NCBI GenBank assembly: GCA_963713465.1
Contig: CAVQLZ010000019.1
Coordinates: 720,945 to 784,944 of the forward strand
DNA: 64,000 nt
Source: an uncultured Acidobacteriaceae bacterium
GTDB lineage: Bacteria > Acidobacteriota > Terriglobia > Terriglobales > Acidobacteriaceae
Direction: 5' to 3'
The notes beneath the pieces are model-generated. The model did no database searches, was not told the DNA's origin, and worked only from the letters and a program-made list of their open reading frames with translations. Positions 46,449-58,700 of the stretch are shown here, piece after piece. Both the position numbers and the translations under genes were made by a program. Position 1 is the stretch's first letter, and each line of letters begins with the position of its first letter.

Positions 46449-47111
46449 TCACTGTGCACCCGCGGGTTTGTGCGCAGCTCCCGCGGTGTGTCCGGGCTCG
46501 ATGATCTTAATGTGCGTGATCTTCGGGGGATCATACGGGCGATCGTTACGCGGGTCGCGCGCCAGACGGGCAATCTGCTTCACCACATCGACGTTCTGAC
46601 ATTGTCCGAAGATGGTGTACTTGCCATCGAGGTACTGTGCCGGGCCCTCGGTGATAAAGAATTGCGAACCGTTGGTGTCAGGCCCGGCATTGGCATAAGC
46701 CAGGCGTCCAGCCTGATCGAAGGTGAGATCGGAGCTGACCTCATTCTTGAATTGGAATCCCACATCCCCGCTTCCGCTGCCGGCGGGATCGCCGCCCTGA
46801 ATCATGAAATTCGGGATCACGCGATGAAAGATGGTGCCATCGTACAGCGGCACGCCTTTCATCATCTTGCCCGTCTTAGGGTCTTTCCACTGCTTTGTGC
46901 CGGTGGCAAGCCCAATGAAATTGGCGACGCCGATGGGAGCCTTGTTAGGGAACAGCGTGCAAGTAATGTTGCCGGCTGTAGTCTGAATGATGGCGGTGGG
47001 CTCCGGTTTTGGCGCGGTGGCTTTCTCGGTGGCGCTGTGCTGCTCCGAGCCCGATGTCTGCGCGGCAACGAACCCGGTCAAACAAAGAATTGCGATGACT
47101 AGTTTGTGCAT
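46449..47111 (-). CDS. cyclophilin-type peptidyl-prolyl isomerase, secreted
   Basis: FHRVIPNFMIQGGDP...GSQFFIT motifs and a signal peptide. Confidence 0.9.
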   Translation of the reverse strand: MHKLVIAILCLTGFVAAQTSGSEQHSATEKATAPKPEPTAIIQTTAGNITCTLFPNKAPIGVANFIGLATGTKQWKDPKTGKMMKGVPLYDGTIFHRVIPNFMIQGGDPAGSGSGDVGFQFKNEVSSDLTFDQAGRLAYANAGPDTNGSQFFITEGPAQYLDGKYTIFGQCQNVDVVKQIARLARDPRNDRPYDPPKITHIKIIEPGHTAGAAHKPAGAQ

Positions 47112-47128
47112 AGCTCCTCTTAAAGAAG

Positions 47129-47223
47129 TGGAAAGTGGTTAGTGGATTGTGGATAGTAAAGGCAAGCTTACGGACATCGCGGCTAGTGGCGCAAGCAACT
47201 ATCCACTATCTGCTATCTCTGCA
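47129..47223. repeat. heptamer-arm inverted repeat (GGATAGT-type words)
   Basis: gtggaaagtggttagtggattgtggatagt / actatccactatctgctatctctgc. It lies 3' of the dipeptidase gene and overlaps its stop. Confidence 0.7.
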
Positions 47224-48460
47224 TTTGCTGCGAAACCTTCTCCACTTCGGCAAAGACCCGCAGCAGATTGCCGCCAAGAATCTTATCAAGATCGGCGGCG
47301 GAATAACCGCGTTCGTACAAAGCCTGCGTGATCTTTGGCAGATCGGCGGCTGAGTCCAGCCCCTGCGGCGAGCAGTCGATGCCGTCGAAGTCCGAGCCTA
47401 GCCCAACGTGGTCCACGCCCGCCACCTTGACCATGTGGTCGATGTGGTCGATCAAGTCGCTGAGCGGCGGTCGCGGCAGCTTGGGCGCAAGCCGCGCCTC
47501 GGCCTCGGTCAGTTCCTTCACCACCTCCGGCGTTTGCGGCTTCACGAACAGTTCCTGCACCTTCATGTAATCGGGATCGTGCTGCGCCCGCAGTTGGTTT
47601 GCGGTATCCAGATACTTCTGCGAGACAAACGCGCAATAAAAATTCGCCTGCGCGACGCCGTTCTTGGCGGCGAGTGCGCGCAGCATGTCGTCGGTCATAT
47701 TGCGTGGGGCGTTCGTCAACGCGCGCGACGAGGAATGCGACGCGATCACCGGCGCGCGACTCAACTCCAGCGCCTGATAGAACGTGGAGTCGGCCACGTG
47801 CGAGATGTCGACCATCATTCCCTCGCGATTCATTTCAGCCACGACCTGCTTGCCGAAATCCGTCAGCCCGCCATGATGTTGAACGCTTTTGTCGCTGATG
47901 TCGCCGCTGGAATCGCCAATGTCGTTGGTGTTCGACCACGTCAGCGTCATGTAGCGCACGCCCAGGCGGTAGTAGTCGCGCAGAATGCGGATATCGCCTT
48001 CGATAGCGTGTCCGCCTTCGACGCCCAACAGCGCCGCCAGCTTGTGCTCGCGATGCGCGGTCAGGATGTCTTGCGTGCTGAAGGCCATCATCATTTGGCC
48101 GGGATGACGGCGCGCCTGCTCATAGACGGAATCGATCATGTCCAGCGCGCGCTTGGCCTCGTGGCCCTGGTTGCCCTTGGGCTCGACCCAGATGGAGAAG
48201 AACTCCGCGCCCAGGTTGCCCGCCTTGATCTTGCTGAAATCCAGATAGCCGGTGCCGGCGTCCTGCGCCAGGTCAAAGTTCTCGTCGACGAAGCGGCCCG
48301 GCGTGTCGGCGTGCGTGTCGATGATGATGGCGGAATCGTGAATCGCGCGCCAGCCATCAGGCGTCTGGGCGGCAGCGGCGGGCGATGGGTTGCGCGTCTG
48401 GGAGGAAGCAACGCTCACCGAAAGGAGCAGAAGGGCAATAAATTGAAATGAAATTCGCAT
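47213..48460 (-). CDS. membrane dipeptidase (peptidase M19)
   Basis: IIDTHADTP...H.D......GSDFDG motifs. Signal peptide from ATG 48460 within ORF 47213-48583. Confidence 0.85.
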   Translation of the reverse strand: MRISFQFIALLLLSVSVASSQTRNPSPAAAAQTPDGWRAIHDSAIIIDTHADTPGRFVDENFDLAQDAGTGYLDFSKIKAGNLGAEFFSIWVEPKGNQGHEAKRALDMIDSVYEQARRHPGQMMMAFSTQDILTAHREHKLAALLGVEGGHAIEGDIRILRDYYRLGVRYMTLTWSNTNDIGDSSGDISDKSVQHHGGLTDFGKQVVAEMNREGMMVDISHVADSTFYQALELSRAPVIASHSSSRALTNAPRNMTDDMLRALAAKNGVAQANFYCAFVSQKYLDTANQLRAQHDPDYMKVQELFVKPQTPEVVKELTEAEARLAPKLPRPPLSDLIDHIDHMVKVAGVDHVGLGSDFDGIDCSPQGLDSAADLPKITQALYERGYSAADLDKILGGNLLRVFAEVEKVSQQMQR

Positions 48461-48701
48461 GAGGCAATGGCAGCCGGCACGAGAACATGCTGCGCTTGGA
48501 TTGTAAACGACACGACGGCCACTCCCCTTCAGCGGGGCAGTTGCGGGGCCTTGCCGGAGGCACGGCGGCCGCACTTGATCCACGCTGTTCGATGTTATTA
48601 CAATGTAATCACTGAGGAAGTTCTGAATAGACAGTCATGGTTAAGTTCGCGGGCAAAGGGCCTGGGCTATTGAGAGCTGCAAAATTAATGTCCTGCTTGA
48701 C

Positions 48702-48925
48702 GGTGGAAGCGCCGGGCTTTAGCCCGGCGAATCGCGAGACGCGAATTACGGCTTTAGCCGCGGTGAACCAAGGCTAAAGCCTACTCATCTCGCCCAATTA
48801 CGGCACGGCTAAAGCCGTGCCCTTCCACCGTACATAGGACATTACCTAGGCAGCAATCAATAAAGTCCTGGTCGCGCACGAGCTGGGACGCTGGCCTAAA
48901 GGCCAGCTCTTCCACCGAAGAGCTT
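48702..48925. repeat. family D composite palindromic element(s)
   Basis: Outer ggtggaag / cttccacc termini enclose gggctttagccc, ggctttagcc, ggctaaagcc and cacggctaaagccgtg. A second short unit ctggcctaaaggccag...cttccacc follows. Confidence 0.7.
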
Positions 48926-48954
48926 AATCAGAGTGTCACTAAGACTTGAATTCT

Positions 48955-49206
48955 ATGAAAACCGACCTGGTACGCATAGGCAATTCGCGTGGTATTCGCA
49001 TCCCCAAGCCCATCATTGAACAATGCCGCCTTGGGCCTTCGGTCGAGCTGCGGGTGGAAGAGGATCGCTTGATCGTATCCTCGCAACCCATGTTGCGGGA
49101 GGGCTGGGAGGAAGCTTTTCGTGCTGCTGGGCCGGCAGACAAAGACCAGATGCTCCTGGCATCGGTTCCTCCCAACCAATTTGATCGCGAGGAATGGAAG
49201 TGGTGA
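48955..49206 (+). CDS. mazE: AbrB/MazE-family antitoxin
   Basis: MKTDLVRIGNSRGIRIPK SpoVT/AbrB swapped-hairpin motif. It overlaps the toxin gene. Confidence 0.8.
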   Translation: MKTDLVRIGNSRGIRIPKPIIEQCRLGPSVELRVEEDRLIVSSQPMLREGWEEAFRAAGPADKDQMLLASVPPNQFDREEWKW

Positions 49207-49535
49207 GCGCCTGCCCGCGGCTGGACGAGGTGTGGCTGGTCGCGCTCGATCCTGCCGCTGGCGCGGAAATCCAAAAGACGCGGCCTTGTCTCGTGATCTC
49301 GCCGAATGAAATGAATCTGCACCTGCGAACAGCGATTGTCGCTCCCATGACAACGACGCAACGGCCCTATCCGACACGGGTCGCGGTGACGTTCCAGGGC
49401 AAGCATGGACAGGTGGCCCTGGACCAGCTTCGTGCCGTGGACCGCCAACGCCTGGTGCGCAAACTCGGCAGGGTGTCGAAGACGACGGCCTCGCTCGTAT
49501 CTGCAACCCTGATCGAAATGTTCGCGCGTCCTTAA
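49194..49535 (+). CDS. mazF: PemK/MazF-family endoribonuclease toxin
   Basis: VWLVALDPAAGAEIQKTRPCLVISP...VAPMTT...ALDQLRAVDRQRL pattern. Confidence 0.85.
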   Translation: MEVVSACPRLDEVWLVALDPAAGAEIQKTRPCLVISPNEMNLHLRTAIVAPMTTTQRPYPTRVAVTFQGKHGQVALDQLRAVDRQRLVRKLGRVSKTTASLVSATLIEMFARP

Positions 49536-49592
49536 CCGGGAACAGCCGCACTTGTAACAATTCCGTGGAGGAAGTTGATCTGCTTTGCCACG

Positions 49593-51044
<1,452 letters not shown>

Positions 51045-51232
51045 CCTTATGATTTTCGCAACCTTCGTGCCGCGAGTCTGCTGCCTTCAACTCCAAAATG
51101 GAGGGGGGTATCCCCCGGTGACCAACATCGCGAAGTCGAGGTACTGCTATTAAGATGGATTTCCCGCATGAAAGAACCGCGGTTCCGAGTAATTTTGGAG
51201 GTTGCTATCCACTAACCACTATCCACGAACCA

Positions 51233-53641
51233 CTATCTTCTACTGTGCCAGCGGAAACCACCACGCACCAGAATTGGCTGGCCGATGTTCGGGGTAGGCG
51301 TCTTCGCGATGAAGTACTGGTCGTTGGTCAGGTTCTCGCCCTGGAAGAAAATATCGAAGCCCTTGGGCAGCGGGTGCGAGACCGTTGCGCTCAGCACAAA
51401 TGCCGCTCCCAGCGGAAACATGTTCTGATCGTCGTCGAACTCATTACTCTCGGCGCGCCCCTGAATCGCGACGGTGAAGCGCTGCGGCGCCAGCCATGTT
51501 CCCTGAAAGGTGAAGATGCTTCGCGGCACCAGCGGAATCAGGTTGCCGACCAGCGCCGGATTTCCCGGATAGCTGGCGACAATGGAATTGGTGAACTGAT
51601 ATCCCGCATTGAGGCTGATGCGGTTGGTGAAGCGAATGTCCGTGCCGAGCTGAAACCCGATCGACTGGGTCTCGCCCAGGTTCTGGCGCACGCGCGTGAT
51701 CAGCGTCGGCGTGGAGCTAAGCGTCACGTTCTCCACCGGATTGTTGACGATGCCGCCGAAGACGCTGCCGCGAATGGACACGCGATTGTTCAGCATGGTG
51801 GCGCGCGTCCCGGCCTCGCCGCCGCTGAAGCGCTCCGCCCGCAGAAACGCATTCGCGTCGGTCACGACATCACCCACGCGAAACGAGCGATAGAGTTCAT
51901 TCAATGTCGGCGCACGAAATGAGCGGTATCCCGACGCATACAGCACCACGTGATCGCTCACTCGATACGAAGTGGTCACGCGCGGATCGAAGGCGTTCTG
52001 CCCGCGTGCGGGATAGTCGGTCGTCGTCTCCGCTCCGTGCACCGGAATGCGGATGGAGCTGCCATCGTAGTTGCTCCACAGGTCTTCCCTGCCCGCCAGG
52101 GTCACTGACCAGCGCGGCGTGATCTGCACGATGCCTTCAAGAAATGCGCCCAGCGACTCCTGCGTGCCTCCGTTCGAGAGATCGGCGGTCGGCTTGCTGT
52201 TGGAAAACGTGGTTTCCAAACTCACGCCCTGAACGTAGGTGCCATCGAGCCCGGCCAGCATAGTAAAGCGCGAAACAATCTGCTTCGACCATTGCCCAAT
52301 CAATCCCATTTGCTGCACCGGCACATTCTGCACGTCCGTCAGGGACTCGCTGTCGCGGTTCAGTGGAACGGAAGAAAATGTCTGATGGTAGTTCTGGGTT
52401 CCGCCATAGAGGCGCAAGGTGAACAGGCCTGCCGAAGCACTGTTATAGTCGGTGCCGAATGCGAGTTGGCGAATGGTCGTGTCATTGATTTGCATCGGCG
52501 TGCCGTTCTGCCGGTCTTCACCGTAGAGCTCGCCGTCGAGAAACGCGCGGCCGCGATCGCCGAACAGCCGCTCCAGCCGCAAATTTCCGCTGCCGTATTG
52601 CACGTTGACCGGCGTATCCACGGTGCCGCGCACGTCCTGCGGCACGTCAACGTAACCATCCGTGCGAAAGCCCTCGCCGGCGGCTGAGAGGGACCACTGT
52701 CCGAAACGCATGGCTCCCCACCCCGAGCCGAAAGGCGAATTCTCGTTGCCGTACGAAACCTGGAGGTCGCCTGCGGTCTGGATGGCGCTGCGCGTCTCCA
52801 AATTGACCACTCCGCCCAACGCATCATTGCCATACAGCGCCGAGACGCCGCCGGGCACGATCTGCACCTCGTCGAGCGAAGCCTGCGGCACGCGCGCCCA
52901 GTAGATCCAGCCGCCAAAAGGATCGTTGATGGGAATGCCGTCGACCAGCACCAGCGCGCGACTGGCGCCGCTCGCGCCCAGTCCGCGCAACGAAACGCCC
53001 TGGGAGGTCGGGTTCGCCGTCTGGCTGCCGGAGCGTCGCAGCAATGAGAATCCCGGTACCAGCCGCAGCTTGTCGTCGGTGGTCTGCGGTCCCCATTGCT
53101 CCAGTTGCGTGTCGCTGACGATGGCGGCATCGGGCTGCGATTCGACGTCATCGACGCCGGTGGGAAGGATCGAGGTTCGCGTCGCGGTGACGTCCAGGCT
53201 CTGCTGCACCGTGGCCGGCGCGAGCGTGATAGTGAGCGGCCCCTCAGTCGCGCGCCAGTTGACGGCAGTTGTCGCGAACCCCGGCGCAGTAACTTGTATG
53301 GTGGCGGTCTCCGCCGTCACATCGCTGAAGACGAACGTCCCATCCGGCTGGGTGGCGGCGCCAAAGTTTTGCCCTGCGATCCGGAGCGTCACCTGCGCCC
53401 GCGCAACCACGGCGCCGCTGCGGTCTTTGACCACGCCGCGTACATCCTGCGATGCAGTCGCCCAAAGCAGCGAGGTAACGAACCCCGACAGAGCCACAAG
53501 CACACAGAGTCGCGAGGTGTTGGCGGCCAAAGCACGGATCAACTGCGGGACGGCGGTGGCGTGATCCTTTTTCCAGCTCGGCCGCATGGCGAACGATTGT
53601 ACTCGAACGCGATCGTTACTGGTGCTGACGCTCCGCGTCAT
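51233..53641 (-). CDS. TonB-dependent receptor with N-terminal carboxypeptidase-regulatory-like domain
   Basis: VRGVVKDRSGAVVARAQVTL...DGTFVF CarboxypepD_reg pattern and the plug motif VSLRGLG...VLVDGIPINDP. Confidence 0.85.
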   Translation of the reverse strand: MTRSVSTSNDRVRVQSFAMRPSWKKDHATAVPQLIRALAANTSRLCVLVALSGFVTSLLWATASQDVRGVVKDRSGAVVARAQVTLRIAGQNFGAATQPDGTFVFSDVTAETATIQVTAPGFATTAVNWRATEGPLTITLAPATVQQSLDVTATRTSILPTGVDDVESQPDAAIVSDTQLEQWGPQTTDDKLRLVPGFSLLRRSGSQTANPTSQGVSLRGLGASGASRALVLVDGIPINDPFGGWIYWARVPQASLDEVQIVPGGVSALYGNDALGGVVNLETRSAIQTAGDLQVSYGNENSPFGSGWGAMRFGQWSLSAAGEGFRTDGYVDVPQDVRGTVDTPVNVQYGSGNLRLERLFGDRGRAFLDGELYGEDRQNGTPMQINDTTIRQLAFGTDYNSASAGLFTLRLYGGTQNYHQTFSSVPLNRDSESLTDVQNVPVQQMGLIGQWSKQIVSRFTMLAGLDGTYVQGVSLETTFSNSKPTADLSNGGTQESLGAFLEGIVQITPRWSVTLAGREDLWSNYDGSSIRIPVHGAETTTDYPARGQNAFDPRVTTSYRVSDHVVLYASGYRSFRAPTLNELYRSFRVGDVVTDANAFLRAERFSGGEAGTRATMLNNRVSIRGSVFGGIVNNPVENVTLSSTPTLITRVRQNLGETQSIGFQLGTDIRFTNRISLNAGYQFTNSIVASYPGNPALVGNLIPLVPRSIFTFQGTWLAPQRFTVAIQGRAESNEFDDDQNMFPLGAAFVLSATVSHPLPKGFDIFFQGENLTNDQYFIAKTPTPNIGQPILVRGGFRWHSRR

Positions 53642-53762
53642 TTAAAGCCACCCGGCAGGCGAGGAACCAGTCGGGCATCCAGTTCGCCAATTGACCGTGG
53701 TGCGCCGTTGCCACATAATCTTTGTGCCTGACGATTTTCCGCTACTCACAAGGTGGCTTGCA

Positions 53763-54002
53763 GTGAACGAACAGAACAGGAACGCCCGCCGTCCTTTCCA
53801 GACGGCCGGGGAGCGGCTCGACGACATGTTGGGCGACGCCTCGGCGCGCATCGAAGACGAGGCGCAGTCGCTGATCAAGTACATCAACGACGAGTTGGTG
53901 CCGGCCATTCGCCAGCACTCGACCACGGCGCTGCGCATTGCCAGCGAGAAGCTGGCCGAGGCCGCCAACCACATGGAGTCGAATCAGCAGAAAAAGCGCT
54001 AG
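53763..54002 (+). CDS. small hypothetical helical protein (79 aa)
   Basis: GTG 53763 is preceded by aaggtgg. The ORF is open from 53691. Confidence 0.4.
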   Translation: MNEQNRNARRPFQTAGERLDDMLGDASARIEDEAQSLIKYINDELVPAIRQHSTTALRIASEKLAEAANHMESNQQKKR

Positions 54003-54013
54003 ATCCGGTTGCA

Positions 54014-54086
54014 GGTTTCGAGTTTCAAGTTTCAAGTCAGAAGTGCCGGACCGCCAACTCGAAACTGGAAATTAGAAACTTGAAAC
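54014..54086. repeat. heptamer-arm inverted repeat (GTTTCAA/GTTTCGA words)
   Basis: ggtttcgagtttcaagtttcaagt / actcgaaactggaaattagaaacttgaaac. The right arm contains the proposed rlpA TTG start. Confidence 0.75.
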
Positions 54087-54817
54087 TGTCTCTCCCGCTG
54101 GTCGGCGTTTTCGCTACGGCGTTGCTGCTGACGGGATGCGGCGGACGCAAGACCGCGCGCAGCCAGCCCATTCCTCCTCCTCCCACCGTTGCCACCGAAG
54201 AACCGACGCCAAACCCGACGCCGGAGAGTCCCAGCACTTCATCGGAACCGGCGGTCTCCCGCAGCAAGAAGCCGATCTACGTCGAGACCGGCATGGCGAG
54301 CTGGTATGGGCCGCCGTACAACCATCGCCGGAGCGCCGATGGCAAGGTCTACAACCAGAACGCGATGACGGCGGCGCACCGCACCCTGCCGCTGAACTCG
54401 GTGGTGCGGGTGACCAACCTGAGCACCGGGCGCGCCGCGGTGGTGCGCATCACCGACCGTGGGCCGTTTGTGGAAGACCGCATCGTCGATCTTTCGCTGG
54501 CGGCCGCGAAGGCCGTGGACGTTTGGCGGCCGGGCACAGCCGAGGTCAAGCTCGAAGTGCTCGCCACGCCCGCTCCGATTACGCAAGGCGGACGCTGGTG
54601 CGTGCAGATTGGCGCCTTCCACAGCGAGCGCGACGCCCGCCAACTCAAAGAGAAGCTGCAGGACCGCTATGAGAACGCCGACGTCATCGAGTTCACCGGT
54701 CCGACCGGGCAGTGGGTGCGCATCCGCCCCGAAGGCGACGACAAACGCAAGGCCGAAGAGGTCGCCAGCAAGACGCACGTGAAAGAAGGCGGAGTATTTC
54801 TGGTCAGGCTGGATTGA
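54080..54817 (+). CDS. rlpA: septal ring lytic transglycosylase RlpA-family lipoprotein (DPBB + SPOR)
   Basis: The TTG start gives MKLSLPLVGVFATALLLTGC with a lipobox. GMASWYG...TAAHRTLP....V.VTNL..GR...VRI.DRGPF is the DPBB core. The C-terminal region is SPOR-like. Confidence 0.8.
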   Translation: MKLSLPLVGVFATALLLTGCGGRKTARSQPIPPPPTVATEEPTPNPTPESPSTSSEPAVSRSKKPIYVETGMASWYGPPYNHRRSADGKVYNQNAMTAAHRTLPLNSVVRVTNLSTGRAAVVRITDRGPFVEDRIVDLSLAAAKAVDVWRPGTAEVKLEVLATPAPITQGGRWCVQIGAFHSERDARQLKEKLQDRYENADVIEFTGPTGQWVRIRPEGDDKRKAEEVASKTHVKEGGVFLVRLD

Positions 54818-54860
54818 AGCAGCGACCGGCAACTAGCAAAGCGTGGGTTACCGCACGTTA

Positions 54861-55457
54861 TCAGCTGACAATTTGACATGGCCATGCGTCGACCTGCCAT
54901 ACATTGTCGTGTTTGGTCAGCACGACTGGCCCTCCAAACCCACAAGTAATTCCGCAGGTGTACATAAAGAGGACGACAGCCCTGTCATGTGCCTGATTGA
55001 ATCCGACGGCTGACAACTGCCAGTAGCCTATGAAATCGGGATCCGAGCCAGCCGGAGATTCCGACTTGCCATTCACAAGCCCCTCAAGTCCTACCCGCGA
55101 ATAGTCGATTTCCTGCATGAGTTCATATTTGCGCGGTATCGGGAGCTGCGGCAGCAATCGCCAAGGATGCGAGTTCTGCCTCTTCATATCTGCGAATGCA
55201 TCCATGGGGAGTTTGCTGATGTCCTTATGCGCACACACATCGATGGGGATCGAATCCATCGGCATGGTGTCAGCCGCAATTGCCAGTTCTCTGCCGTGCA
55301 GATGGTTCTGCTCGCCCAAATAGCGAAAGAGTGCATCGAATACCCTGTACGCTTCCGGACTGTCGTATGACGGCGTGTTGTCAGGCGGGCCGGGTTGGGC
55401 GAGAGCTGAGCATGTCATGGCCGCGACCACAGCAACAACGCAAAGCAGCCTGCACAT
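54861..55457 (-). CDS. hypothetical secreted protein (198 aa), AT-richer
   Basis: Signal peptide. No family recognised. Confidence 0.55.
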   Translation of the reverse strand: MCRLLCVVAVVAAMTCSALAQPGPPDNTPSYDSPEAYRVFDALFRYLGEQNHLHGRELAIAADTMPMDSIPIDVCAHKDISKLPMDAFADMKRQNSHPWRLLPQLPIPRKYELMQEIDYSRVGLEGLVNGKSESPAGSDPDFIGYWQLSAVGFNQAHDRAVVLFMYTCGITCGFGGPVVLTKHDNVWQVDAWPCQIVS

Positions 55458-55709
55458 GCAATTCCCCCGAATCTGATTAACCCAAATGCGGAATTCTCGG
55501 GCTGTTTCAAACCCACCGTATCGGATCAGTGGCTCTCAGCATGGGCCACCACACCACGCTATACCTTCTTCACTCACGAATACATAACATATGCGGCTGT
55601 CAAGGACATCCTCGGTTACGAAAGTCCAATCGCTTCCCATTCTGGACTTGGTCTTTCGTGTAGCCCTCCGTCACAGACCACAACCGGCCAGCTTTTTCAA
55701 GATGAAAGC

Positions 55710-58700
55710 ATGGCCCACGGTGACAGCACGTTCCCAATCCGAACCGTTCCCGGTATGGTGCGCACCCACGCTTACTCCGCAGCCCTCCGGATTTGCGTCG
55801 TGCTCGTTCTCGCTCTCATCCTTCCGCAGCGGTTCCATGCGCAAGACGGCTCGACTTCGTTGCAAGGAACGGTCGAGGACGCAAGCGGCGCGCGAATCGC
55901 CTCCGCTGCCGTGGTCGTAACCGATGCTTCGCGAGGGTTTCGGTTGCAGGACAGGACCGACGCTCTAGGAAATTTCAGCTTCGGCATGCTTCCACCGGGC
56001 CGTTACGATGTCACCGCCTCAGCCCCCGGCATGGCGGCCAGGACCAGCCGCGGAGTCGAGCTGCTGGTGGGCGGAGTCTCCTCGGTACAACTGCGTCTCG
56101 CGCCCGCCGCAGTGGCGCAGACGGTTACGGTTACGGCAAGTCCTGTCGTCATCGAAACGCAGACGGGCGAAGTCTCGCATGTGGTGACGCAGACCGCGAT
56201 CGAAGGCCTGCCGCTGAATGGGCGGCGCTTCACGGATCTCGCGTTGCTGTCGTCGGACGTGGTGCAGGACCCGCGCGGACTCACGTCCGATTCCAACGGC
56301 GATCTGGCGGTGGGAGGAGTGCGCGGCTTTCAGAACAGCTTTTTGGTGGACGGCGCCGACGACAACAATTCCTTCTACGCCCAGGCACGCGGCCGCTACA
56401 GCGCGCCCTACCAGTTCAGCAACGAGGTCATCCAGGAGTTTCGCGTCTCGAAGAATTCCTACAGCGCCGAGCTGGGACGGTCGGGGGGCGCGGTTTTTAA
56501 CGTGGTCACCAAGTCGGGCACCAATCAGTGGCATGGCGGCGCATTTTATTATCTGCGCAACAGCGAGTTCGACGCGCAACAGCCCTTTACCGACACCAAG
56601 CCCGACGACCGCCAGCAGCAATTTGGCGGCACCATTGGGGGGCCGATACGCAAAGACCGCATTTTTCTTTACGCCGGCTTTGATCAGCATCTGCTGACGG
56701 TCCCCTCCATTGTCCAGTTCGGCAGCGGCGCGCCCACGGTGACGCCACAGCCGACCGACTACGACTACACCGATCAGCAACTGGTGTTCGCGGCGGCGCA
56801 GAAGCTGAACAACATGGGTGGGACGTATCCCACCAACATGCAGGGTAATGCGGGATTCGCGAAAGTCGACTTCCATCTTTCCTCCAAACAAATGGCCTTC
56901 GTGCGTCTCAGCACCTCGATGCTGACCGGCACCAATAACGTGTTCTTCGACCCGTCCAGCCCGCTCACGGGCTATGCCGCCACCGCCAACGGAAGCCAGG
57001 ATGTTCACACCGAAAGCCTCGCCGGTTCGCTGTTCAGCTCCTGGAGCACCAATCTCGCCACCAATCTCCGGCTGCAGTGGTCGCGCGACTTGCAGCAGTT
57101 GACCAGCAACTCCGACCAGCCGTGGACGAAGATCTACGACCTGATGGATGGGTTCGGCGGCTCGAGCACGCTGCCGCGCGACACCAACGAAAAGAAACTG
57201 AACCTGGCGGAAACGGTGAGCTACGAACATGGCCGCATGCACTGGAAGTTCGGCGGCGACGTCATCCAGGCCTGGACCTACAACTATTATCCCTACTTGT
57301 TTGGCGGCGAATACTACTTCGACGACATCAAGGTCAACCCGTTTACTTTTGCTCCCCAGGAATATGGCGAGCCGTTGTCGCCACTGGCCGCGTACGCCCA
57401 CGATGTTCCGCGGTATTACATGCAGGACTTCGGCGATCCGGTGTCGCACCCGAACTCGCGCGTCTATGCCGCGTTCGTGCAGAACACCTTTCGGATGACG
57501 GAAAACTTTACGCTGAATCTGGGGGTGCGCTACGACCTGCAGACCTTCGAGCCGGGAGCGCTGGTGAGCGATCCGCTGTATGCTCCGTCAGGCAAGGTGC
57601 CGACCAACCTCACGAATTTTTCGCCGCGGTTGGGATTCGCTTACGGCACTCACGGCGATCATCCCTTCGTGGTCCGCGGCGGCGCCGGCTTGTTCTATAT
57701 GCCGATTCCGTCGATGTACATCTCGCAGGTGGCTACCGACAATGGGCAGTCGTCGCAACTGTTTCTCAACCTGATGCAGCCGGCGCAGGCTGCCCTGTTT
57801 CCAACTTATCCCGCTGCGCTGGTGAAGTGTCCGCAGGGACCGCAGGTGTGTACACCATCGGCGGCACTGGCCCCTTATTTGACTACGACAGTTTCGGCGT
57901 TTGCGCCCAACTTCCAGACGCCGCACAGCGAGCAGGCGAATGTTGGCGTGCAGCGCGAGCTCGGTCGGCACATCGTAGCCAGCGTCAGCTACGAATATGT
58001 GCACGGCATTCACGAGATCCGATCGCTCAACGTCAACCTTCCCCCGCCTACTATGACGGAGTATCCCGTGTACAACGACACCGGCTCGGTGTACCTGGGC
58101 ACCTACGATGTCGCTTCGTTTGCGAGCTGGCAAACCACGCCAACGGCGGCCTGCCCGTATCCACCGTGCATCAACCCGGTGCAGCGTCCCATCCCGCAGC
58201 TCGGAACCATCAATTCGTTTCAGAGCGAATCCAGCAGCCTCTACAACGGCATGACCGCCTCGGTGAAACGCACCATGAGCAATGGCATGTACTTCATGGT
58301 CGGTTATACGTTGTCCAAGGCCATGGACAACGGCCCCGACGCGCTGGTAGTCGGTCGCCCCGGCAATGTTCAGAACTCTTATGACACGACGGCGGAATGG
58401 GGACCGAGTACGACTGACCAGCGCAATCGATTCGTGGCGGCCTGGGTCACCGATCCCAAATTCAATTTGCAGAATGGGACCCTGAACGCACTGGCGAACC
58501 ACTGGAAGTTTTCCAGCATCGTGACCTCAGGCTCGGGACGACCCGTCAACGCGACCATTGCCGGCGATCCCAACGAGGATGGCAACATCTACAACGATCG
58601 CCTGCCGGGCTATGTTCGCAATGCCTTTATCGGTCCCGACTACTTCAGCACCGACCTGCGTATATCGCGAACCATTAAGTGCGGCGAACGCGTCACCTGG